Notes under the pieces: model-generated
What the model was told of the DNA's origin: nothing
Seen by the model: the letters and a program-made list of their open reading frames with translations, nothing else
Databases searched by the model: none
Translations under genes and position numbers: made by a program
NCBI GenBank assembly: GCA_965279515.1
Contig: CBDIID010000003.1
Coordinates: 4,160,001 to 4,224,000, forward strand
Reading direction: 5' to 3'
From: Turneriella sp.
GTDB lineage: Bacteria > Spirochaetota > Leptospiria > Turneriellales > Turneriellaceae
DNA length: 64,000 nt
Shown here: positions 30,059-39,425 of the stretch, piece by piece
How positions within the stretch are numbered: the stretch's first letter is position 1
Layout: each line of letters opens with the position of its first letter

Positions 30059-31564
30059 TTAAGGCCCTGCGACCACCGATTTTACCCGCGGGGGTTTGGG
30101 TAATTTCTTTTTTGTTATTTCAAGCAGGGACGGCTTTGATGAAACCAGTAATTTCCGGTACTCGCGGTCATAGACGCCGATCTTCCAGTAATATTTTCCC
30201 GGCGGCAGAAAGGCAACAAAAGCAGTTTCTGTAGTCTTTTGGCTCTGCAAGGCATGGCTGAACGTCTCGTTACGGGCGATGGTGATTTTAAATGTCCGTT
30301 GCGGCCCCGGGTATTTCCATAACAGGTGTGCATGGCCCTCGGCGGCGTCGGGTTCAATCGAAATTTTTTTGTCGGATTTAGGATCTGCATAAGGCAGAAA
30401 CTCGCTTTGCGGGGAAATTGTGAAGCGCGCGGTCAGCGGCTTGTATTCTGCCCGGCTCTTGGGTTCCACTTTCCAGTAATAATTGCCAGGCCGCAACGGG
30501 CCGGGTTTGACGAGGCCTGCCGATGAATCCTGAACCATGACGGGATCAGAAAAATCCGCTTTCCGGGAAAGCGAGAACCTGGACGAAACGACATCGTCTT
30601 CACCGGGGAGATCCCAGCGGAAGACCAGGTCATCGGCCTGGTTGCGCGGAATTTGTTCGCCAGGATTGGGATAGATAATGCGCAGTGCAGTCGCTGGCCG
30701 CACGCGTATCGTCGCCGCCGGCGACTGGCTTTCCGGAGTTGCGGCATTTTTTTCATGCGCCGTTTCGCACGAGACCTGCCAGACATAGGTTCCCGAGGGC
30801 AGCGTGCGGCTCACCGAACTGCCCTTGACGGTGAATTTCCGGGACATGCCGGCTGAGTCTTTCAGCTGCACAGAGCAATTGTCTGCCGGCGACGCCGTTT
30901 GCCACTGGAATGCGACAGGTTCATCCGGTCTTGTCACCACAATGCCGTCCTCGGGTTTAACGAGCCTGATGGCGAAGTTCTTTTTGATGATGTTGCCGCG
31001 CTCGTCGCGGCTTAAAGCCTGGCCGGATTGAACGTCGGTTTTTTGCCCGGCTTTTTCGACGCGGGCGCTGCCTTCTGTAACGGCGAGTTCGCTGCTATCT
31101 GCCGTGGATGAAATGCGTGTATTGGCATTTTTCAGGTCCATACGCGTGCCATCCGCCGTGGTCACGACCGCATGTGCGCCTGCCGAACCTTCTGTGTGTA
31201 CGACACCGCCCTTGAGGGCGATATTCGCCGTATTGCCGAGCATATCGATTTCGACCATCGAATTCGGATCTATCTGGATCTTCAGTCCGTTCTGCATGGT
31301 AATCTTTGCGTCGGATTCACCGTTGGTCATAATCGAATCGTATAAATAGATTTCTTCTTCAGCCTCGAGATCTTCCCACATCATGCGGTCAGAATATTTT
31401 CGCAGCACTTCGCGGTAGCGGTATTCGACGGTGCCGACGGGTTTGAGATCCTCTGAGAGAATGCCGCGCTGCCGGCTGTGCCAGTAGATCAGGTAGATAA
31501 GCAGTGCTATCACCGCCGACGCTACCGCGGCGAAAAAATAATCGTTTCGTGTAAGTTTTGTCAT
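30059..31564 (-). CDS. Membrane-anchored FecR-domain protein with three Ig/Fn3-like repeats
   Basis: N-terminal TM, LYDSIMT...IQIDPNSMV FecR segment, repeats LPSGTYVWQV / LRPGNYYWKV / LPPGKYYWKI. Confidence 0.8.
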   Translation of the reverse strand: MTKLTRNDYFFAAVASAVIALLIYLIYWHSRQRGILSEDLKPVGTVEYRYREVLRKYSDRMMWEDLEAEEEIYLYDSIMTNGESDAKITMQNGLKIQIDPNSMVEIDMLGNTANIALKGGVVHTEGSAGAHAVVTTADGTRMDLKNANTRISSTADSSELAVTEGSARVEKAGQKTDVQSGQALSRDERGNIIKKNFAIRLVKPEDGIVVTRPDEPVAFQWQTASPADNCSVQLKDSAGMSRKFTVKGSSVSRTLPSGTYVWQVSCETAHEKNAATPESQSPAATIRVRPATALRIIYPNPGEQIPRNQADDLVFRWDLPGEDDVVSSRFSLSRKADFSDPVMVQDSSAGLVKPGPLRPGNYYWKVEPKSRAEYKPLTARFTISPQSEFLPYADPKSDKKISIEPDAAEGHAHLLWKYPGPQRTFKITIARNETFSHALQSQKTTETAFVAFLPPGKYYWKIGVYDREYRKLLVSSKPSLLEITKKKLPKPPRVKSVVAGP

Positions 31565-31570
31565 ATCTGC

Positions 31571-33394
31571 TTAGTATTTTATTTTTTTACCGGGATACAT
31601 ATCCACAAGTTTATGCAGTTCTTTCAGGTTTTGGGGTGCCTTTTTATCTCCGGCATAACCGAGTACGGCAAAGACTTTCTGTTCGCTTTGTTTGCCCTTG
31701 ACTTTTACTTTGCGCATCGGCACACAGTGGAATTTTTCTTTTACCAAAGCGTGAGTGTTTTCACTGATCAGGATATCGGTGCCGAAAACTTTGTTCAGGC
31801 CTTCGAGGCGCGATGCGAGATTGACGGCGTCGCCAATGACCGTATATTCCAGGCGGTCCTCGCTGCCGATCTGGCCGGCGAGCACGGGGCCGGTGTTAAT
31901 GCCCATGCCGATTTTGATAATGGGTTTGGCGCGGCTGCCGCGGCCGACATTATACTGGCGCAATGCGTCGCGCATCATCAGCGCTGTCTCAACGGCATTC
32001 ACGGGATCGTTCGCGGTGCTCAGCGGCGCGCCGAACAGGGCCATGATGGCGTCACCGATGAATTTATCCACCGTGCCGCCTTTTTTACGGACGATGCCGA
32101 CCATCAGTGTCAGGTATTCGTTCAGAAAACCGACAACCTCAAGCGGCGTGAGTTTTTCTGAAATGCTGGTGAAAGAACGAATGTCAGAGAAGAAGATCGT
32201 CACTTCTTTACTTTCACCGCCGAGGGCCAGGCGGCCGCTGAGAACCCTTTCTGCGATCTCTTCGTTGACGAATTTTCCGAATGCGCCCTTGAGTTTCTCT
32301 CTCTCTTCGAGCCCCTTGGCCATGGCATTAAAATCTGTGGTCAGATCGCCGATCTCATCGTGGGTGCTGGGTTCGAGTTTGACTTCATAGTCACCTTCGC
32401 GGATCTTTTTGGTGCCGAGCGCGAGTAATTTGATCGGCTCGGAGATCGTTTTTGAAAAAAAATAGATAAACAGTACTGCAATGGCGATAATCAGCAGCGC
32501 AATGAGTAATGCACGCGTGCCGGCGCGGCGTACACTCTCGAGGGCGATGTCTTCGTTGACAGTCGTCAAAATGGCGGCATCCGCGGTGCTCAACCTTTGA
32601 AAGGCACCCAGCTCGTGGATACCGTCGATTTCATAGCGCCTGACGCCATTCTTGCTGATTTTCTGCGCAGTCATGTACGACACGACGGGATGCGCGCTGA
32701 GGTCTTTTCCGACGGGGTTTTTTTCCGATTCGGAATCTGCGACCAGCCTGTGCTGTCCGTCGGTAAGAAAAGCCCGGTAAAGCGAGGTTGTTGAGCCGCG
32801 TGACTTCAGCGTTGAGAACAGCGCCGCCAGTGTATCGGAGCGCATCAAGGCAACGACCACACCGCGGCGTTTTTGTCCGTTGTAGCGTGCACCGGCGAGT
32901 ATCCACGCGCCTGCCTTGGTATCGCTGAGTGCCCGGATGCTCGTCTTGCCCTGCGATGCCAGGGCGAGGTCTATTGCCGGCAATTGCAGGGCCTTTTCTA
33001 CCTGCGCCAGGGTAATTTTTGTATGCCTGAGTTTTGTATCCCGGTAGAGTATCTTTTCGCGCTCGAATCTGCCTTCCGATTCGGTATACCAGGTGATGGC
33101 GAGAAACTCCCCCGTATCTTCAAAGTAGTTATCCTCCAGAGCGGGATTGTTTTCCCTGCCTGCGTCCAGCAGCCGCAGTGATTCGAGTGTATGGCTGATT
33201 TCCGAATCGATCTTATCCGACATCATCCGCGCATTGTTGCCGTTATTGAGCGTAACCATGTTCCGCAGGTCTTTCTGGAAAAGATTCAGGGTCGTGGTAA
33301 TCAGGAAGAAAAGGCTGAGCAGCACAAGCGCCGAGATAATCACCATGAGTTTCGTGCGGATGGATATAAACCGAAGTTTTCTGATCATGATCAA
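31571..33394 (-). CDS. Membrane class III adenylate cyclase (Cache-like sensor, HAMP)
   Basis: Two TM helices, HAMP (DEIGDLTTDFNAM), FSDIRSFT, DKFIGDAIM, EYTVIGDAVNLASRLE. Confidence 0.94.
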   Translation of the reverse strand: MIMIRKLRFISIRTKLMVIISALVLLSLFFLITTTLNLFQKDLRNMVTLNNGNNARMMSDKIDSEISHTLESLRLLDAGRENNPALEDNYFEDTGEFLAITWYTESEGRFEREKILYRDTKLRHTKITLAQVEKALQLPAIDLALASQGKTSIRALSDTKAGAWILAGARYNGQKRRGVVVALMRSDTLAALFSTLKSRGSTTSLYRAFLTDGQHRLVADSESEKNPVGKDLSAHPVVSYMTAQKISKNGVRRYEIDGIHELGAFQRLSTADAAILTTVNEDIALESVRRAGTRALLIALLIIAIAVLFIYFFSKTISEPIKLLALGTKKIREGDYEVKLEPSTHDEIGDLTTDFNAMAKGLEEREKLKGAFGKFVNEEIAERVLSGRLALGGESKEVTIFFSDIRSFTSISEKLTPLEVVGFLNEYLTLMVGIVRKKGGTVDKFIGDAIMALFGAPLSTANDPVNAVETALMMRDALRQYNVGRGSRAKPIIKIGMGINTGPVLAGQIGSEDRLEYTVIGDAVNLASRLEGLNKVFGTDILISENTHALVKEKFHCVPMRKVKVKGKQSEQKVFAVLGYAGDKKAPQNLKELHKLVDMYPGKKIKY

Positions 33395-33550
33395 TGCCCC
33401 TGATGGATATTTCAGATGATATTAGCGGGAAAAATCAAAAAGTCAAGGCGGCCCAATACCGGAAAAACCGCGTATTTTTACCTGCCCGCCGCCTGCCAGT
33501 GCATACGCGAAAGAACTTGCAGGCCGCAGAATTGCTGGAATACTGCCATT

Positions 33551-35080
33551 ATGGTAGTGTGGCAATTTATCACTGAGCGTCCCATAGCAAGCCTCTTCAT
33601 CGCTATCGGCGTGTTTTTTCTCCTGGTTTTTATCCGCGACATCTTTCAGCGCAAGCGGACAATCCAGCACAATTTTCCGCTGGTCGGTCACCTGCGTTAC
33701 ATGCTCGAAGTGATTGGGCCCGAACTGCGCCAGTATTGGGTTGCGGATGACAAAGAAGAGATGCCGTTCAACCGTGCCGAGCGGCGCTGGGTTTATGCGA
33801 CGGCGAAGGGCCAGAATAATAATTTTGGCTTCGGCACCACCGAGCAGCTCTACGAACCCGGCTACCCGATTATCAAACACGCGGTTTTTCCTTTCCCCGA
33901 GTCGAGGGCCGTGGTGATCCATGAAGATCCGTCGGCGATACCTTCGCTCAAAGTGATCGGCGAATCGCATAAGCGCGCGAAGGCCTGGCGGCCGCCGTCG
34001 ATCATCAATATTTCGGCAATGTCGTTCGGTTCCCTGGGTGACCATGCGGTTACAGCGCTTAACCAGGGCGCCAAAAAGGCGCATTGCTGGCATAATACCG
34101 GTGAGGGCGGATTTTCCCCGTACCATACGAAAGGCGCCGACGTGGTCTGGCAGATCGGCACGGGATATTTTGGCGCGCGCGACGAAAATGGTTTTAACCT
34201 GGATAAGGTCGTCGCGCGCATTGATGAAAATCCGCAGATTCGCATGCTCGAGATAAAATTATCGCAGGGCGCAAAGCCCGGTAAGGGGGGGATTCTCCCC
34301 GGAGCCAAAGTCACGGCGGAGATTGCAGCGATTCGCGGCGTCAAAAAAGGAAAGGATTGCCTCTCGCCGAATTTTCACACCGAATTTTCGACGGCCTCCG
34401 AGATGATCACGTTTATCGAGCACCTCGGCGCCGCCACGGGTTTACCCGTGGGTATCAAGAGTGCGATCGGCGAGCTGGCGTTTTGGGAAGAACTTGCGGA
34501 GCGTATGGCGCAGACAAAAAAAGGCCCTGACTTTATTACCATCGATGGCGGCGAGGGCGGCACGGGTGCGGCGCCTTTAACCTTTGCCGATCACGTCTCC
34601 CTGCCTTTCAAAGTTGGCTTCGCCCGTGTTTACCAGATCTTTCAAAAAGAAAAAATTTCCGAACGGATTACTTTTATCGGTTCGGGTAAGCTTGGTTTTC
34701 CTGACCGCGCGGTTGTGGCATTGGCGATGGGCTGTGACCTCGTCAATATCGCGCGCGAGGCGATGCTCGCGATCGGCTGTATCCAGGCGCAGAAATGCCA
34801 TACGGGCCATTGCCCCGCCGGCGTGGCGACGCAGAACTGGTGGCTGCAGCGCGGGCTCGACATCGACGATAAGACCGAGCGCACGGCGCGGTTTATCAAG
34901 GGGTTTCGTAAGGAGTTACTCGCCCTCGCGCACGCAGCGGGTTACGAACATCCGCTGCAATTCACCGGCGAAGATATCGAAATCAGTTCGGGCATGAATA
35001 AATATAAGACGCTCACCGAAGTTCTGGGCTATCGGCGCGACAAAGTTAATTTCCCCGGCATGGCGAAGTTGGTGGCTTAA
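33551..35080 (+). CDS. FMN-binding glutamate synthase family protein
   Basis: SAMSFGSL, NTGEGG, EIKLSQGAKPGKGG, IDGGEGGTGAAP, CIQAQKCHTGHCPAGVAT. Start at MVVWQF. Confidence 0.93.
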   Translation: MVVWQFITERPIASLFIAIGVFFLLVFIRDIFQRKRTIQHNFPLVGHLRYMLEVIGPELRQYWVADDKEEMPFNRAERRWVYATAKGQNNNFGFGTTEQLYEPGYPIIKHAVFPFPESRAVVIHEDPSAIPSLKVIGESHKRAKAWRPPSIINISAMSFGSLGDHAVTALNQGAKKAHCWHNTGEGGFSPYHTKGADVVWQIGTGYFGARDENGFNLDKVVARIDENPQIRMLEIKLSQGAKPGKGGILPGAKVTAEIAAIRGVKKGKDCLSPNFHTEFSTASEMITFIEHLGAATGLPVGIKSAIGELAFWEELAERMAQTKKGPDFITIDGGEGGTGAAPLTFADHVSLPFKVGFARVYQIFQKEKISERITFIGSGKLGFPDRAVVALAMGCDLVNIAREAMLAIGCIQAQKCHTGHCPAGVATQNWWLQRGLDIDDKTERTARFIKGFRKELLALAHAAGYEHPLQFTGEDIEISSGMNKYKTLTEVLGYRRDKVNFPGMAKLVA

Positions 35081-35101
35081 ATACTCAGCAAAACTGCTCG
35101 C

Positions 35102-37261
35102 GTGATGGTGAAAATAGCGCTCTTCGGCGTTGCGGTCTTCTTCTCGCTGAGTGGCCAGTCGGTTCGTGCTCCGGTTACCGATATTTTTGATACGGAAACA
35201 CTCGAGGCTCTCGATCAACCTGGTTTATTTTCGCTGGCAACCGTCTTGCAGCCGGAAAACGCCGGTAATGAAAAATCTGAAATGTACGCTAATGCCATAA
35301 GGAATGGCGATAGGCTCAAAAAATTGCGGCTAAACAGCCTTTATCGAGAAAGTACTTACTTCAGAGACATTGCCGATACAATCGCGGCCGATACCCGTGA
35401 GCTCATGGCACAATCCGGATTAAAGTTTGCCTATAGTGCGCAACAGGCCGAAAGTCTCGCACCTGCCGGTAATATCGGGCGACACTTTGACTGGCACTGG
35501 CTGACATCGGCCAGTGCGGCTTTTACCCTCGTCGCGGTCGTAAACCGTATTGACCGAAAGGACTTTTACGATTCTGGGTGTGGAGAAATCCGCCTGATTT
35601 ACCGGCTGGCATACAGCCGCCGCGTCAAAAAAGGAAAGCAATTCCATGAAAATTATTCTACGTTACCGGTTTTTCTCAATGTCGTCTTTGAACGTAAAAC
35701 AGCTGATTGCCGCGCCGCCGCACGTGAATGGTCCGTTGTGCCTCAGCTTCCCGATCTGCTGAGCCGGAATCACCTGCGCCTGAGGCAAATCGAGCTCAAC
35801 ATGCAGGTATTGCGCTTTCCTTCGGGTCAAATGACCGACTTTGGAGGGCAGGCCGTTTACCTCCTGCGAATATTCGGGGATTCTGAAGGGAAGTTTCAGC
35901 CGTTGCCTCTGGAAAACACACCAGATGTGTCACTGATCGCCAGCGATGTTTCGCTGCAGACCGATCTCGCGCGTCAGCTCAGTGATGAAAAAAATCTGCC
36001 ATTGATCGATCGCGGCACTTTCGTATTGCATAATACCAGCGGAAAGATGCTGGCAAAGCGGGCGCTATCGTTTTCAACAACGGGTCGGCAGAGGCTCGCA
36101 AATAAACCTTTTGCCTCGCTGTACGGGCATTCGCCTGTGATCAGAGATGTCCTGAGTCAAGCGAAGCTTGAATCTATGCGATTTGTCGCCAGTATTCCGG
36201 GTTTACTCGAGCGACTGGATGCAATGAGCTGCATGGGTTGCCATCAGACCAATAGCACAGCGGGCTTTCATACTCTGGGAATCAACGCTGAGAATAATTC
36301 CTCATTCAATCGCACGCTTATCCCTTTTTCTCCGCATTTTCATTCAGAGAGAAACCGCCGGATCTCATATTTATTTGCACTCGCCGGGGAAGCAAATCCT
36401 GATTTATTCCGGCCTCACCCTGCGTATGTTCTGAATTCAGCGGTGCCCGGTGCCATTGCAACGCCACAGAAATCGGGAGTTCGTGGGCTGTGTCTTCGGG
36501 ATACGCGGCATTTTAAGATGCCCCTCGCATGTGCGGATAAGGAAGCCGAATGCTTGATTACTGCGCAAAATGAGCGGTTGGGGTTTCAGATTGGTGAATG
36601 TGTGGTTCGGCGATCGGCACCGGCAAAGGCGATGTTTGGCGGTCATATCTGCCGGCTTGGAAAAATTAGTGATGCTTCACCCGGGGCTCTGCAAAAGATT
36701 CCCCCACATCAGGATTTTAATTTGTCCAGTTTTAAAGATCGGATTACAGACCTGGGAGGTACCGGGATTCCCGCCGAGCTCTATGCGAATTCAGCAAGTC
36801 TCCGGAATTTTTTCTGTGGTGAGCCAAGAAAAGGTACGCCGCTGGGCAGGATCGCCAAAAAATGCGTCAATAACTCAGCAGAAGGTCGTCTGGAGTTTGC
36901 CGAGAATTTGTCAGGGAATATAATTTCCCGAGAGGTGTGTGCCGTAAGTGGTGGAACGCATTTTGATGCCTGCGCGGCGGGTGAAGATCCTGTGACATGC
37001 CTGACCAATACCCCTGTTGCGCGGACGATGCTGGATATTTGCTATCAAGGACAATTTTGCCGCGAGGATTACATTTGCCAGAAACTGCCGCGGGAGATAG
37101 CTTTGCGTTATACCGGAACAGAGCGGCACCAGGTTTCAGAACGGATCGATGCTTTTTCATCACGTGGGTATGGGTTCTGTACGCCGAATTATTTCATTTT
37201 TAACATGCGCATTGACGGGCATATCCTGCCAGAGAAACGTCAGCAGGAAGCTAAACGATGA
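35102..37261 (+). CDS. Exported Cys-rich protein with a single CxxCH (putative c-type heme)
   Basis: N-terminal signal-like segment, SCMGCHQ, 18 cysteines in total. Confidence 0.75.
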   Translation: MMVKIALFGVAVFFSLSGQSVRAPVTDIFDTETLEALDQPGLFSLATVLQPENAGNEKSEMYANAIRNGDRLKKLRLNSLYRESTYFRDIADTIAADTRELMAQSGLKFAYSAQQAESLAPAGNIGRHFDWHWLTSASAAFTLVAVVNRIDRKDFYDSGCGEIRLIYRLAYSRRVKKGKQFHENYSTLPVFLNVVFERKTADCRAAAREWSVVPQLPDLLSRNHLRLRQIELNMQVLRFPSGQMTDFGGQAVYLLRIFGDSEGKFQPLPLENTPDVSLIASDVSLQTDLARQLSDEKNLPLIDRGTFVLHNTSGKMLAKRALSFSTTGRQRLANKPFASLYGHSPVIRDVLSQAKLESMRFVASIPGLLERLDAMSCMGCHQTNSTAGFHTLGINAENNSSFNRTLIPFSPHFHSERNRRISYLFALAGEANPDLFRPHPAYVLNSAVPGAIATPQKSGVRGLCLRDTRHFKMPLACADKEAECLITAQNERLGFQIGECVVRRSAPAKAMFGGHICRLGKISDASPGALQKIPPHQDFNLSSFKDRITDLGGTGIPAELYANSASLRNFFCGEPRKGTPLGRIAKKCVNNSAEGRLEFAENLSGNIISREVCAVSGGTHFDACAAGEDPVTCLTNTPVARTMLDICYQGQFCREDYICQKLPREIALRYTGTERHQVSERIDAFSSRGYGFCTPNYFIFNMRIDGHILPEKRQQEAKR

Positions 37262-38001
37262 AATTCATTTCCTGCTGCCTGGTATTATCCGCCGCTTCGC
37301 TCTTGCCAGCGTTGCCCGGGGATTTTGTATTTCTGAGCGATGTAGATCCATCCATATTGCAGGAGATCCGCTATGCCACCGGGCATAATTTTATGGGTAA
37401 AGCCGACCGACAATACCAGACTGGAACCTGCATCCTACGCAGGCCTGTAGCGGAAGCATTGAAGGAAATCCAGCAAAAACAGCTGCTGCCGAGGGGACTT
37501 TCGTTCAAAGTATTTGATTGTTACCGGCCGCACGGCACTGTGACCCGGTTTGTGGACTGGGTGAGTTCGCCTGTATCCCTTGCCGCTAAGAATCGATATT
37601 TTCCACGCGTAGAAAAGACTGAGCTCATCGTGAAAAGTTATATTGGATCGCCCTCCCTGCATTCTAAAGGCATTGCTGTAGATCTGACTATTGTCCGGGT
37701 TGACGGCAAAAATGATGGCATCCAGACACAGCAGCCGGTTTGCGGAGCCGGGCCTCTAGCGGGAAATCAAAATCCTGAGTTGGAGATGGGGACTGGCTTT
37801 GACTGCTTTGATGAAAAGAGCCGCAGCGGTGCTCCGGAGAACCTCATCGGTAAAAATGCCTTCGCAAACCGCCGCTTCTTGCGGAAACTCATGCAGGCGC
37901 AGGGTTTCAAACCCTATACTGCGGAATGGTGGCATTTTCGCTTTGCTGATACGCAGGCGGGGAAGATTTATTTTGATTTTGATGTTATTTCGCACGATTA
38001 A
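37258..38001 (+). CDS. ddpX: D-Ala-D-Ala dipeptidase (M15D, VanX/DdpX family), exported
   Basis: IRYATGHNFMG, FDCYRP, SLHSKGIAVDLT, MGTGFD, EWWHF. Confidence 0.9.
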   Translation: MKFISCCLVLSAASLLPALPGDFVFLSDVDPSILQEIRYATGHNFMGKADRQYQTGTCILRRPVAEALKEIQQKQLLPRGLSFKVFDCYRPHGTVTRFVDWVSSPVSLAAKNRYFPRVEKTELIVKSYIGSPSLHSKGIAVDLTIVRVDGKNDGIQTQQPVCGAGPLAGNQNPELEMGTGFDCFDEKSRSGAPENLIGKNAFANRRFLRKLMQAQGFKPYTAEWWHFRFADTQAGKIYFDFDVISHD

Positions 38002-38014
38002 CTTTGCCGCTCGT

Positions 38015-38429
38015 TTACTGCCGTGCAAACTGCAGAATTTTCTGCCAATGGTTGCCCGATAAGCGTGCGTTCGGAAGGGGATTCTTTTTTGGCGAGACCA
38101 TAACCCGCGTATTCGACTAAAAGTACGCTGCAGCCGTTGCTGGCAAAAACTCTGCCGAAGATCGCCTCGCGCGCCATGGTGGATGCCTGGCCGTGGAATA
38201 GCACGACAAGATTCGGGCCATGCCTGGCGAAGAATCCATAAACGGTGCGCACCCCATTCCGGGCGGTGACGACAAAGCCACCGCCCAGCGAAGGCAGCCT
38301 GGTGTCAGGATTTTTTTTGAAAATAAACGGCCGTGAAACACAAGCCGCTAATAACAGCGGAAGTAAAAACAGTACGAACCGGCGGCTGTGCCGCCCTAAA
38401 GGCCGCGGCTGCCGTAAAAAATGAGCCAT
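38015..38429 (-). pseudogene. Internally deleted alpha/beta-hydrolase lipoprotein
   Basis: LAAC lipobox, VVLFHGQ, VLLVEYAGYG..SPSE, then no GxSxG. A hydrolase-like C-terminus (SGNHWQKILQFARQ*) is present in another frame and ends at 38015. Confidence 0.7.
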
Positions 38430-39313
38430 TCTTCTTTCTCCCGGGTGAAAAATTTCCCGACGTTCTGTGCCTGAAGAAAGTTCGTGAATGATTCGCCTTG
38501 CGCGGTGGGAATCCCCGACAGCGCCCAGGCGCGGCAATGCATGAGCGCCGGTTTCAGCAGGGCCGCATTGGCCTCAAAAATATTCGGCAAAATATTTGCG
38601 ACAAAAACCGTATGCGCAGCATCGGTGTGAATCCCACTCAGAGAACCGAAATCACCGACGGCAAAATCAGCCTGAAAAGCGCGGCCATGCTTTTTTGCAT
38701 TGAGTTCGAGATTTGTGTTTGCAGATTCGATAGCCAGCGTTTCGACGTCGATGCCGTAAACCCGTTCGGCATGCCAGAGCAGGGCGGCGATCGCCAGGAT
38801 ACCCGAACCTGAACCCATGTCGATGACGCAATCGGTCTTGCGGATATTCTCTTCGATGAATTCTACCATGAGCTGTGTCGTTGCGTGTTTACCGGTACCG
38901 AATGCCATACCGGGAACCAGAAAGAGTTTTTGCGCGGACGCCGGTATTTCGGGATTCGCCTCGTCCCAAGGCGGCACCAGCGCCGTCTTACCGGTGAGCA
39001 TGAATGCCTTAAAGGTCTTTTCAAATTCTTTCAGGTAATCCGCGTACCTGACCTGCGACACAGAGAAGGGGGCGTCGGGAAGTTCGATTGTGGCAAGCGC
39101 CATCGGCACGAAGGCGCGCGCGGGAAAATCTTCATTAAAGAAGAAATAAAGGCTGGTATTGTCTTCGAGGATATTCGAAGATCTGCCTTCGGCATAGAGG
39201 AGTTCAAAGGTACTCTGCGCTCCTGATTTGAGAAAAAACTCTTCCACTTCCAGTGCGCGTTCTTTGGGAACGCTGATTTCGATTTGCCAGAAAACGGTGG
39301 AGATGTAATTCAA
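38396..39313 (-). CDS. prmA: Ribosomal protein L11 methyltransferase
   Basis: PPWD, PGMAFGTGKHATT, IDMGSGSGILAI, VANIL. Confidence 0.9.
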   Translation of the reverse strand: MNYISTVFWQIEISVPKERALEVEEFFLKSGAQSTFELLYAEGRSSNILEDNTSLYFFFNEDFPARAFVPMALATIELPDAPFSVSQVRYADYLKEFEKTFKAFMLTGKTALVPPWDEANPEIPASAQKLFLVPGMAFGTGKHATTQLMVEFIEENIRKTDCVIDMGSGSGILAIAALLWHAERVYGIDVETLAIESANTNLELNAKKHGRAFQADFAVGDFGSLSGIHTDAAHTVFVANILPNIFEANAALLKPALMHCRAWALSGIPTAQGESFTNFLQAQNVGKFFTREKEEWLIFYGSRGL

Positions 39314-39316
39314 ATC

Positions 39317-39422
39317 TCGCCCCTATCCCCTGACCCCTTTCCCCGATTCCGGGGCAAGGGGAATGTAAGAAATCTTTTCTCCCTTCCCCCAGACTTGGGG
39401 GAAGGGCCGGGGAAGGGGGCGA
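39317..39422. repeat. GC-rich three-stem palindromic intergenic element (REP/MITE-like)
   Basis: Outer arms TCGCCCCTATCCCC / GGGGAAGGGGGCGA enclose hairpins at 39334-39361 and 39381-39406. Confidence 0.75.
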
Positions 39423-39425
39423 AGA

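Noticed and set aside
37258..38001. Vancomycin-resistance cluster
   Set aside because: Only a VanX/DdpX-family peptidase is present; no vanH, vanA/B ligase or vanRS.
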